63,961 bases of DNA from an uncultured Candidatus Saccharibacteria bacterium. Its GTDB lineage: Bacteria > Patescibacteriota > Saccharimonadia > Saccharimonadales > AWTP1-31. The notes below the pieces were generated by a model that was given only the letters and a program-made list of their open reading frames with translations, did not search any database and was not told the origin of the DNA. Of the stretch, positions 47,967 to 56,880 are shown one piece after another (position 1 is the first letter of the stretch; every line of letters starts with the position of its first letter). Made by a program: the position numbers and the translations under genes. The DNA is taken from assembly GCA_964634445.1 (NCBI GenBank), contig CAZWJA010000005.1, positions 1 through 63,961 of the forward strand. The letters are read 5' to 3'.

Positions 47967-49436
47967 ATGGAAGAATCGCTTCATCTACCAATAATCATAG
48001 TAATACTACACCTGGTCAACCTGTTCTGTCTTATATTGCTCATTCGGAGCGGTATACAAATACTCTTTGATCACCCCAAGCTGTATTGGACAGACGACAC
48101 TACCGATGATAACCATTGGTTGCGATTTGGCAAAAAAATAATGCCAAAGGATAAGCTTTGGACGTCTTTAGATGAAGCTGAAGACCCTGGAAAATTGGCG
48201 CTTCCTGGCGGTACGCATAATCTTGGTTCGGCACGGCATTGGCATTTCAGTATAGCTATCGTCTGGGTTGTCACGGGAATGATTTATATAGGATACATGC
48301 TTGTCAGTGGACAATGGCAGCGTCTTATTCCAACTGATGTTGGTGTCTTTTCTCGTGCCATTGATACGATGTATCAATATTTAACCCTGAATATTCCAGT
48401 AGAGGGGGCAACCTATAATGCACTACAGCAGCTCACCTATGCAGGTGTTGTCTTTGTACTGGCACCGCTTGCAATTATCACGGGGCTGGCACTTTCACCT
48501 GCGTTAGTTGCAAAATATCCAGGATTTCTAAAATTATTTGGTGGTCGCCGTCAAGTTGCACGAAGTCTGCATTTTATCGCCATGGTCCTGTTCTCACTTT
48601 TCATACTAGTACACGTAACAATGGCACTTGGTTTTCACTTCTACGACAGCGTCAAACGGATAACACTTGGCAGTACTGACGTTGACTTTGCCCTTGCCCT
48701 CACAATATTTCTAATGGCACTTACCTTGCTGGTAGCATTCAATATTTGGGCATCATTCTTCACGCTTGGTGATCAAGTGCGTTTACGACGTATCCTTACA
48801 AAGTTCTACACTCCTGTTGTGCGTTTACTATTTGGAAGGATGAAATCTGATCAACATTACACCAAAAAGGACATATCGCCATTCTTCCGAGTAAACGGTT
48901 ATCCTCCGAAGTCTGAAGAATATGCAGAGCTCAAAGCTAATAACTTCAAAAACTGGAAGCTAAAAATCTATGGTCTGGTAGAAAATCCCCTAGAGATGTC
49001 TCTCGATGACATTAAGGATTTACGGAAACAAGACCAAATCACCAAACATAACTGTATCCAAGGATGGACCGCCGTTGCAGAATGGGGCGGTTTGCCTATG
49101 CGAGATGTGGTCGAGATGTGCAAACCAAAAGCCAATGCAAAGTACGTGATTTTTTACTGTTATGACATTGACGATGAAGGAAATGCTTACTACTCTGGCC
49201 TACGACTGAGCGACATGTTCGATAAACAGACGATCTTAGCATACGAAATGAATGGAGAACCGTTACCGATTCAATACGGCGCACCACTTCGCTTGCGTTG
49301 CGAGAAGAAATACGGTTACAAGATGGCCAAGTACATACATTCTATAGAGTTCGTAGAGAGCTTCGCTCATATAGGTAAAGGACGAGGCGGTCACCGTGAG
49401 GACAATGTCTTCTTTGACTGGGAAGCTGCCGTATAA
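47967..49436 (+). CDS. Fusion of a b-type-cytochrome-like membrane domain with a YedY/MsrP-like (sulfite-oxidase-fold) molybdopterin domain
   Basis: 489 aa. The N-terminal ~280 aa are polytopic, with ARHWHFSIAIVWVVTGMIY and conserved His. The C-terminal part has ITKHNCIQGWTAVAEWGGLPMRDV (candidate Mo-ligand Cys in an xCxxGW context) and YEMNGEPLPIQYGAPLRLRCEKKYGYKMAKYIHSIEF. Confidence 0.65.
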   Translation: MEESLHLPIIIVILHLVNLFCLILLIRSGIQILFDHPKLYWTDDTTDDNHWLRFGKKIMPKDKLWTSLDEAEDPGKLALPGGTHNLGSARHWHFSIAIVWVVTGMIYIGYMLVSGQWQRLIPTDVGVFSRAIDTMYQYLTLNIPVEGATYNALQQLTYAGVVFVLAPLAIITGLALSPALVAKYPGFLKLFGGRRQVARSLHFIAMVLFSLFILVHVTMALGFHFYDSVKRITLGSTDVDFALALTIFLMALTLLVAFNIWASFFTLGDQVRLRRILTKFYTPVVRLLFGRMKSDQHYTKKDISPFFRVNGYPPKSEEYAELKANNFKNWKLKIYGLVENPLEMSLDDIKDLRKQDQITKHNCIQGWTAVAEWGGLPMRDVVEMCKPKANAKYVIFYCYDIDDEGNAYYSGLRLSDMFDKQTILAYEMNGEPLPIQYGAPLRLRCEKKYGYKMAKYIHSIEFVESFAHIGKGRGGHREDNVFFDWEAAV

Positions 49437-49439
49437 CGT

Positions 49440-50639
49440 ATGCCAAAACAAAAACCTGCAAAAACAATACATGGGGCATATTTTGCACTCGGAATAGCTA
49501 CCCTGGCGCTTATTGTGAACTTTTGGGCTTGGTCCCTGTTGAGTCCTTTAGGCGCAAAACTTGCCAGTGAGCTAACACTAACACCCGTAATGCTTTCGTT
49601 ATTGCTAGCGGTACCAGTTATCATTGGCTCTTTAGGTCGTATTGGATTCGGCATGTTGACGGATAAATTTGGCGGTAAAACTATGTTTGCGGCCATTTCT
49701 TTACTAACTGCAATCCCTGTTTTTGCCCTAACATTTGCTGACAACTACCAGCAGTTCGCTATAACTGCAATATTCCTTGGGCTGGGTGGCGCAGCTTTTG
49801 TTATTGGTATTCCATATATTAGTGCATGGTTTCCACCAGAGCGTAGAGGATTTGTTTTGGGCGTATATAGTATGGGCAATGCGGGCACGGCATTATCGGG
49901 ATTTGCTACGCCAAGACTAGCAGACAGCTTTGGTCGGGATACAACATTTATTATAGTAGCCTGTATATTGTCACTAGTGGCCGTGGTATTCATGTTCTGG
50001 GGAAAGAATGCACCAGGCTGGAAGCCAGCTAATGGCTCGTCGGTCACTCGGTTAGCTATAGCCGCTAGACTACGATTAACTTGGGATTTATCGTCAGTGT
50101 ATGCGATAACGTTTGGCGCTTTTGTGGCCTTTGGTGTCTATCTACCTGTGCTTCTGAAAGTTTCATATGGTTTATCTCTTACCGATGCCGCTGCACGTGC
50201 AGCTGGATTCATATTGCTTGCTACGATAGCACGGCCTATCGGTGGCTGGATGAGTGATAAAGTTGGTGCCAAGTATGTGACACAGCTGGCGCTTTGTGTT
50301 GTTATTCCCCTTGCAGCATTTGTAGCATTACAGCCTACACTAGAGCCACAGACGACAGTTGCATATCTGTCATTAGCATTTGTACTTGGCTGCGCCAATG
50401 GTGCGGTATTCGCTCTTGTCGGTAAGTTAGCAAAACCTGAGGTTATGGGCAGCGTAACGGGTATCGTAGGTGCTGCTGGAGGCTTTGGAGGCTTCTTGCC
50501 ACCGTTATTACTAGGGTTTACCTATCAACGTATGCATTCCTATGCTTTAGCATTAATCCTACTATCTGTTGCGGCGGCAATTTCTTTGGCATATATTCAT
50601 CGGCGGTTCAAAGATAAAAATCTGTATGGTGCGATCTGA
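49440..50639 (+). CDS. MFS transporter, nitrate/nitrite porter (NarK/NNP)-like
   Basis: 399 aa with 12 predicted TM, NFWAWSLLSPLG and GxxxDxxGG-type MFS motifs. Confidence 0.6.
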   Translation: MPKQKPAKTIHGAYFALGIATLALIVNFWAWSLLSPLGAKLASELTLTPVMLSLLLAVPVIIGSLGRIGFGMLTDKFGGKTMFAAISLLTAIPVFALTFADNYQQFAITAIFLGLGGAAFVIGIPYISAWFPPERRGFVLGVYSMGNAGTALSGFATPRLADSFGRDTTFIIVACILSLVAVVFMFWGKNAPGWKPANGSSVTRLAIAARLRLTWDLSSVYAITFGAFVAFGVYLPVLLKVSYGLSLTDAAARAAGFILLATIARPIGGWMSDKVGAKYVTQLALCVVIPLAAFVALQPTLEPQTTVAYLSLAFVLGCANGAVFALVGKLAKPEVMGSVTGIVGAAGGFGGFLPPLLLGFTYQRMHSYALALILLSVAAAISLAYIHRRFKDKNLYGAI

Positions 50640-50641
50640 CT

Positions 50642-51376
50642 ATGGAAGTACTAACGCCTCGTCATCTGGTACTTGTACGCCACGGAGAGAGTGAGGGTGA
50701 TGTGAGACGAAAACAAAAGTTGCCAGCACTAAAGCACCCTATACATGAGGAGCAAACCAAAGTAGGCCATGAACAGTCTCGTGCAGCTGGCTCATGGATA
50801 ACTAAACATATACTCGGGGCGTATGGCTTAAATGGATTCAACAAATATCTAGTCTCTCCTCTTATCAGGACAAGGCAATCTGCTAATTCACTTGATTTGT
50901 CAGATGTATGGGTTGAAGACCCACGATTAGCAGAAAGAAATAGGGGTGATATTCAAGGATTAACAAATAAGCAACATATAGAACGCTTTCCAAAGAGCTA
51001 TAAGCAAATGTCAGAACATCCATTCCATTGGGTGCCGCCACATGGCGAATCAATTCTTGCTGTCTCTCACAGATTTGGCGAATTGGTCAACGACGTAGTG
51101 AACACTAGCAACGTACTGATAATGACGCATCGCGATGTCATATGGGCGGCTCTAGTCCCGCTTGAGGGTATGAACCTCGAAGAGGTTGAATCAATAAACA
51201 CGGATATTATTAGTAATGGTCAGGTTGTACATTACACCAACGTCAACCCCTCAACGGGAGTAGCTGAGAGCTTAGAGATGATTTGGAAACGATCCGTAGA
51301 CCCTTCAGCAGTAAATATCTCTGTACAAAATATTGAATGGATAAACGTAAGTGACATACGTCAAAGCCAGGTTTAG
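50642..51376 (+). CDS. Histidine phosphatase superfamily (phosphoglycerate-mutase-like) protein
   Basis: 244 aa, LVLVRHGESEGD (RHG catalytic motif) and a later H in MTHRDVI. Confidence 0.7.
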   Translation: MEVLTPRHLVLVRHGESEGDVRRKQKLPALKHPIHEEQTKVGHEQSRAAGSWITKHILGAYGLNGFNKYLVSPLIRTRQSANSLDLSDVWVEDPRLAERNRGDIQGLTNKQHIERFPKSYKQMSEHPFHWVPPHGESILAVSHRFGELVNDVVNTSNVLIMTHRDVIWAALVPLEGMNLEEVESINTDIISNGQVVHYTNVNPSTGVAESLEMIWKRSVDPSAVNISVQNIEWINVSDIRQSQV

Positions 51377-51481
51377 GTTTTGTGACTTTGTAGATCGCCT
51401 GCTCTTAGTTAATACCCGTCATCATAACAACATTTTGTATCTTTTATCGCCCATACTCGTTCATTACACACACTAGGTTAT

Positions 51482-51776
51482 CTGTTACAATAACACCTAT
51501 GAGTTCGCTTCAAATAGGTATTCACAAGACGCAACCATACCATTTGAAATAACCTTCTCGATGCCACCATTAGATAAAAGAACTAGGGGTTATACCCCCC
51601 AACAGATTAAAGAATTACAAGAAGCAGTTGGTGGGCAGTGGTAAGTAATTAACCTACCGTAAGATAATTCGAATTTTCGTTCATCTTATTGTTTGGTATC
51701 AACAAGAGCAATGCTACAGAAATTTTTTTCTGAAATACTACCCCACCACACTCACCACTATATTTGCACCCTAAAC
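51482..51776. repeat. Direct repeat R2 (~295 bp), boundary between cassettes 1 and 2
   Basis: A copy of R1. The mini-ORF copy (51516-51644) is preceded by an in-frame TAG at 51474 and has no canonical upstream start other than the internal ATG at 51561. It ends by providing the TAG stop of the HEPN gene. Confidence 0.85.
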
Positions 51777-52481
51777 GATTAACCAGTCTGGCCTATTGTC
51801 ATGATCGTATCCAAATATGTTGGAGTGCCAAACTGGCGAGAGATTGAATGATAAATCACCCTGATCAAGTCCGAGAGTACGAATCAGCATATCTTGTATA
51901 AGCAATTCAAACACATGTGCAAGGTGTATCCTATTCTGCACGTCAGTATTTTGCTGATTTTTGTTAAACTCATAGTCTTCAAAAAATTGTCTAAGTCGTA
52001 CTGGGTCATTCTGATTTTTATAAGCTCCTAACACGCCCGTGATTGTACCTGTATGCATTACATCGTTACGCAGAATTCTAATAGCATGAGCCGTATCCGA
52101 TGGCATCTTCCATTTGTATATCTCCTCAAAAACCACTCGTAGCTTTTTATGAAATCCAGCCTCTGTGTCGAGGCTTATGCTGGAACTGGTGCTTGCGATA
52201 TTAAAGTAAAGTAACTCAAGAGCTTGAGCATGAAGGGATAATTTTATTTCAACCACGCTTTTTGTGGATATTCCGTAATAGATTGAGAAAACATGCGTCC
52301 TTTGCGGAAATGCAGATTGCCACTCTGATGTCTGTATCTTGCTCATGATCTTTTCAATGCAACTGTCGAAATGACCAGTCACATTTTTGCCACCAACAAT
52401 ATTTTCGACTAGGTATCTTACAAGAGCTTTATCTTGAGCTAAAGTGCTATCGCTCCACAAAATAGAATGATTGTTACTCAT
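51771..52481 (-). CDS. HEPN-domain protein (putative RNase), third gene of a three-gene operon
   Basis: 236 aa. AHAIRILRNDVMHTG contains R138-N-D-V-M-H143, i.e. the RNxxxH / Rx4-6H HEPN signature. The rest is predicted helical. Confidence 0.55.
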   Translation of the reverse strand: MSNNHSILWSDSTLAQDKALVRYLVENIVGGKNVTGHFDSCIEKIMSKIQTSEWQSAFPQRTHVFSIYYGISTKSVVEIKLSLHAQALELLYFNIASTSSSISLDTEAGFHKKLRVVFEEIYKWKMPSDTAHAIRILRNDVMHTGTITGVLGAYKNQNDPVRLRQFFEDYEFNKNQQNTDVQNRIHLAHVFELLIQDMLIRTLGLDQGDLSFNLSPVWHSNIFGYDHDNRPDWLIV

Positions 52482-52504
52482 AAAGTCTCAGTGTAGGTTT
52501 AAGA

Positions 52505-55060
52505 TTACGCAACAACGTTACGATACTCGGTATAGCCCTTTGCGACTAACTTATTCGCTAAGTCTAAAGCTAACTGTTTTATGGTGCTGTCATCTGAACT
52601 ATAAACAGTCTTGATAATAGCAGTCGTATTTTTACTCCAACTTGATACTGACCAGCGATCTCTCGTTCCGTCGACCATAGTAGATAATGCCTTGATGACT
52701 TCCTTGGAGTATTGATCGGCTATTGTTTCCATATACTCCAGTACAGCAAAGTCTAAATTAATGTTTCCAGCTTTTGAAGCAGCGTAGGTAAGCTGGTCCA
52801 AAGACCATTTCGGATCAAACTTGCCTGAAGCAAACCAAGTACCAAACTCCTCAAGTGCTTCAAGCTTTGTGGAATCGCTTTTCGTAAGTTCAACGATAGC
52901 TTTCCAAAGCTCGATAAGTTTCTTTATTTGAGCATCTTCAAATTCTGTCTCTTTGCTCTTATATAATCTAAAACCAATGAAATTAGCCAGCTCTTTTATG
53001 TACTTTGTGTCAGCGGTTTTCAGTAATGTATTCATGATCGATTCATCAGACAAATCTAAATCGGTATGCCAGTAATGTAATGCGAGGTGCTGTACGAAAT
53101 TCTTTAGCCCGTCGTGGCGTGCTTTACCGTCTTCGGTAGGCGGTGCTGCAAGCCGTGCTATCTGTCTCATAAAAACATCTCCTAGAACTTGCAATGCGTC
53201 TTCATGGACACGATTAAACATCACATAAGCGTCAAAGGCAGCATTGCCTAAACTATCATCAGAAAATATGGCATCTGTGTTCTTGGTAGCCCAATCTTTA
53301 TCCGTGCCGTATAAAAGCTCAAAACGCCAACCGTAGACTGAACGCATAGCTGGAACTGAATCATTGTCAGGGTTCAGGTGCCAATCAAGCTCGTCAAAAA
53401 TCAACTTATACTTATCCTTATCGATCTTATTCCTATTCATCCATGCCAATAAGTAAGCCAACGCATGCAGTGCTTTACCTCGATTTGAATTAATAGACAA
53501 ATCCGCTGGGTCAAAACTTGAAGTATCTTTGCCTGTTGGGTCTTCTGATCGGCACAGTAGAAGTATTAGCTTGGCGATAGCGTCAAAACTTTTAATAGTA
53601 ATTCGCTCCGTCTTATCTTCTTTTCTGCTTACCAGCTTTTCAATTAATCTGATCGCACTAGACTTAGACCACTCATAGTAGTTATGTCTTTCTTGCTCCT
53701 CATCTTCACTGCCAGCTTTATAGACCTCCGTCAGGTCTTCAAGTATCTTGACGACATTATCTTCGCTTAAATTGTCGGAAACCTCCTCGATAGCACGTAT
53801 AGTTTCATCAAGATATTCATTCTTGGTAGCTGCAACATCTTTAATTAGCAATGCAAAGCGATTAGGATCAACTTTGACCAGAAGTCCCAATTCCTTTGAA
53901 ATAGAATCACGCTCAAACGACCAACCCGATTCATCCTTATAGGTCTTTAGCTTTTCTATTAAGTCAGTGTCTGACAGGTCTTTTAGAACTTCCGTCGGAT
54001 TTTCAGTAACAAATCCAGATGTTACTTCACTGCCGCCACTTTTTTCATTTGCTAATATACGCTTAAGCTGTTCATCTTTACTTAGTGAATCGTAAAACGG
54101 CTTAAACGTTTTATTACTTTTATATTCACGCAGACCAAACTCTACTACACGTTTGAATATAGAGTATTTGTTGATAGCTAGTTCTTTGAGTTTCGCTAAT
54201 TTCTCCTCACCGCTAATCGACGAATCTTCCATCAGGGCTATCACACTATCACGCAATGCTGTGGTTAAAACATCTTCGGGGTCGTGGCTGTGATCATTGT
54301 CTTCGGCTATTTTTGGTCGCCAGATATATGATAGGTCATCTTTCTTTTCGCTAGGGTCTTCTTTTTCCTCATCGCCTTCCTCAAGCTTAAAGTGAGTGTA
54401 CTCGTAGCTAATAGCTTTTTGAAGCAACTCTGCGTACATATCTATCGTGCTCAATGGCGAAGCTTTTGCTAATGAGGGGGTTACCTTATCTACAATACTT
54501 TTATAATCATAGTCTCTGTATTTTGTGTCAGCCTTCATCATCACGTAGTCTGATTTAAGCTTTTCTTCTTTTTCGGGGTCGGGAGATACATCAAGCATTT
54601 CTTTTGCAAGTTCCAACGCAGAATCATATTGATTATTATCAGCTAACTTACAAATCAATTCTGAGACCGTTGTATGCAGCATGAGAAAACGAGATGTGTT
54701 GATGTATTTCTTTAGCTGATCAGTATATCTAGCTGCCTTACTTGGGCTTACTTTGAGCAATATGTTTGCCACATCATCCATTACACGTTCGTTATCGGTA
54801 TCTGGAAAAGCCTTGATAATTTTTAGCACCTCATTCTGTGCTTTGTCAGCAACTTTTAACAGATAGCCGCTTTCAGGCCACACAGGAAACTGTATGTAGC
54901 CATCCTTGCGTATGGCTGGTATCGGGTTCTTAAAGAAGCCCTTTTCTTTCAGTGGCAACAGCCAAGCAGGGTTATCTATTTTTTGGAAGAAATAGTTATA
55001 AGCGACTGGGGTCTTATTAATATTCTCCAGAGTCTTATTTATTAGGTCGTCAGAAATCAT
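52505..55060 (-). CDS. Large (851 aa) all-alpha repeat protein of unknown function
   Basis: No Walker, nuclease, protease or TM motif that I can see. It is a long series of amphipathic helices with acidic linkers (HEAT/ARM/TPR-like by composition). Its start overlaps the upstream gene stop (ATGA). Confidence 0.5.
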   Translation of the reverse strand: MISDDLINKTLENINKTPVAYNYFFQKIDNPAWLLPLKEKGFFKNPIPAIRKDGYIQFPVWPESGYLLKVADKAQNEVLKIIKAFPDTDNERVMDDVANILLKVSPSKAARYTDQLKKYINTSRFLMLHTTVSELICKLADNNQYDSALELAKEMLDVSPDPEKEEKLKSDYVMMKADTKYRDYDYKSIVDKVTPSLAKASPLSTIDMYAELLQKAISYEYTHFKLEEGDEEKEDPSEKKDDLSYIWRPKIAEDNDHSHDPEDVLTTALRDSVIALMEDSSISGEEKLAKLKELAINKYSIFKRVVEFGLREYKSNKTFKPFYDSLSKDEQLKRILANEKSGGSEVTSGFVTENPTEVLKDLSDTDLIEKLKTYKDESGWSFERDSISKELGLLVKVDPNRFALLIKDVAATKNEYLDETIRAIEEVSDNLSEDNVVKILEDLTEVYKAGSEDEEQERHNYYEWSKSSAIRLIEKLVSRKEDKTERITIKSFDAIAKLILLLCRSEDPTGKDTSSFDPADLSINSNRGKALHALAYLLAWMNRNKIDKDKYKLIFDELDWHLNPDNDSVPAMRSVYGWRFELLYGTDKDWATKNTDAIFSDDSLGNAAFDAYVMFNRVHEDALQVLGDVFMRQIARLAAPPTEDGKARHDGLKNFVQHLALHYWHTDLDLSDESIMNTLLKTADTKYIKELANFIGFRLYKSKETEFEDAQIKKLIELWKAIVELTKSDSTKLEALEEFGTWFASGKFDPKWSLDQLTYAASKAGNINLDFAVLEYMETIADQYSKEVIKALSTMVDGTRDRWSVSSWSKNTTAIIKTVYSSDDSTIKQLALDLANKLVAKGYTEYRNVVA

Positions 55061-55764
55061 ACGTTATCTCCCTCGGCGATAATACTATCCAACACATCAA
55101 GTGTGTCTATAGGTACAGAACGTTCTGGGTATTTTATGTCTAGAATGAAATCTTCTAAAGTAATAATCTTAGCCTTCAACTCCACTACTGTGGTTGTCTT
55201 CTGATGATGTGCCACGCCCTTGAAGAAATCATCTAACTCACCCCATAGCTTTAGCCGTTCTTTTGTAATAGCCTCTGGGATAGGTTGCCCAGACCCGTCA
55301 AGCGTTGTAAGCACGGCTTTGTGCTGTGCACTGCGTGGTCTATGTTCCGCAGAAAAAGTGGTAAAGAATTCCCCCATTGCTTTGAGCACCTTTTGGAAAG
55401 GGTTATCTACTGTACCAGACCAGTCTGAAGTGCTAATCGATTTCGTACCTTGTATTGCCGTCGTCCATTTTTCAGTAAGTGATATAACGGCACTCTTTAG
55501 CCCATTACCCTCTATCTTTACAGGGACTTCAACCATATAGTCATGTGCCTTTTCCATAAGTTCCCGCATAGAGTGGGCAACCTGTGCAAGCACATCGGGG
55601 TTCCCCGACAACTCAAGAGTAATCCATGCACCTCTTAACATATTTGCAAGGTCTTCTGAATTTTTAGAAAATAACTCAAGCAATCTAAGGGTTCGTGAGT
55701 CATAACTGACAGCACTTTGGGCACTTCGTTCATCCATCTCATTACCTTCAGCATCCATGCCCAT
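55057..55764 (-). CDS. Hypothetical helical protein, first gene of the three-gene operon
   Basis: 235 aa. VAHSMRELMEKAH could be a degenerate R-x6-H motif. Otherwise unrecognised. Confidence 0.45.
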   Translation of the reverse strand: MGMDAEGNEMDERSAQSAVSYDSRTLRLLELFSKNSEDLANMLRGAWITLELSGNPDVLAQVAHSMRELMEKAHDYMVEVPVKIEGNGLKSAVISLTEKWTTAIQGTKSISTSDWSGTVDNPFQKVLKAMGEFFTTFSAEHRPRSAQHKAVLTTLDGSGQPIPEAITKERLKLWGELDDFFKGVAHHQKTTTVVELKAKIITLEDFILDIKYPERSVPIDTLDVLDSIIAEGDNV

Positions 55765-55880
55765 ATTATGGCATAAAAACAGATAGGAAACAGATGAAGA
55801 CGTTATCCCCTCAACTTCCGTCCTAAAACACGTCCAACACGCTCCAAATGCGTCACAGAGGGTATACTATTACAGAGGTG

Positions 55881-55936
55881 TCGTTCATCTTTTGATGTCT
55901 GAATTTACTGAACAACCTTAGACAAATTTTTTTTGG
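55881..55936. repeat. Inter-cassette element copy C
   Basis: TCGTTCATC...(38 nt)...ACAAATTTTTTTTGG, with the same end motifs and spacing as copies at 45933, 51677 and 62496. It continues with AGCCTTAACGTCATTTT, which resembles copy D. Confidence 0.5.
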
Positions 55937-55983
55937 AACTTTTTAGCCTTAACGTCATTTTTTGCTTATGCAGCTCAGCCACC

Positions 55984-56880
55984 TTAGTGACTTTCGTGAT
56001 CTTCGTGCTTCGTGCAGTCCTCAAGCTCAACTTCTATAGTTGCGTGTTGAATGTCATAGTCTTTTCTCAACTTGGCTTTTACAACTTCTACAATGTTTCT
56101 ACTGTCTTTTAGATCGCTCTCATCAATAGCTATATGGCAGCTCAAAGCGTTGTAGCCAGAGCGAATAGCCCAAACGTGCATATCATCAACAGATAATACT
56201 TTATTTGTGTCCGTAATGGCTTGGGTTATAGAGGCGATGTCCAAGTCTTTTGGTGTTCCCTCAAGTAATATCTGCACAGCTTCCTTGAGTATTTTTAAGG
56301 TGTTATAAAGTAATAATGCTGCTATAAGCAAACCAACAATACTGTCCACATACTGAATATCAGTAAACATCATGATCAAGCCAGCTATAACTGCACCGAG
56401 TGAAGATAGTGCGTCAAATGCCATATCTACGAATGCACTCCGCATATTTAGGTCTTTACGGTTTTTTGATAGTACATAAGCTATAGAGCCATTAACCAGA
56501 ATACCTACAGACGCAACAACGGCAACAATGCCGCCTTCAATCTCTACGGGGTTTTGTAAACGATCTATAGCCTCAAATGCGATGAAGACTGCTACCGCAA
56601 TCATTACACTCGCATTGAGTAGTGCTGCAAGGATCGTGGCTCTTCCGTAGCCGAATGTCTTGCTCTCGTTAGCTTCACGCCTTGCCAGCCGATTAGCACC
56701 GTATGAGACACTTAGAGTAAACGTATCAGTAAGGTTGTGGGTTGCATCTGCGATCAAGGCTAAAGAACCCGTAAACAGACCAAACCCGAACTCAACTATC
56801 GTGTATAGACTATTTAGGATTAGTCCAAACTTAATACTGCCGTCTTTAGCTTCGTGTTCGTGAGTGTGGCTCATCAGCAT
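55984..56880 (-). CDS. Cation diffusion facilitator (CzcD/ZitB-like) metal efflux transporter
   Basis: 298 aa. His-rich termini (MSHTHEHE.., ..KHEDHESH), six TM with HNLTD/DAxxD-type metal sites, and a C-terminal cytoplasmic domain. Confidence 0.82.
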   Translation of the reverse strand: MLMSHTHEHEAKDGSIKFGLILNSLYTIVEFGFGLFTGSLALIADATHNLTDTFTLSVSYGANRLARREANESKTFGYGRATILAALLNASVMIAVAVFIAFEAIDRLQNPVEIEGGIVAVVASVGILVNGSIAYVLSKNRKDLNMRSAFVDMAFDALSSLGAVIAGLIMMFTDIQYVDSIVGLLIAALLLYNTLKILKEAVQILLEGTPKDLDIASITQAITDTNKVLSVDDMHVWAIRSGYNALSCHIAIDESDLKDSRNIVEVVKAKLRKDYDIQHATIEVELEDCTKHEDHESH

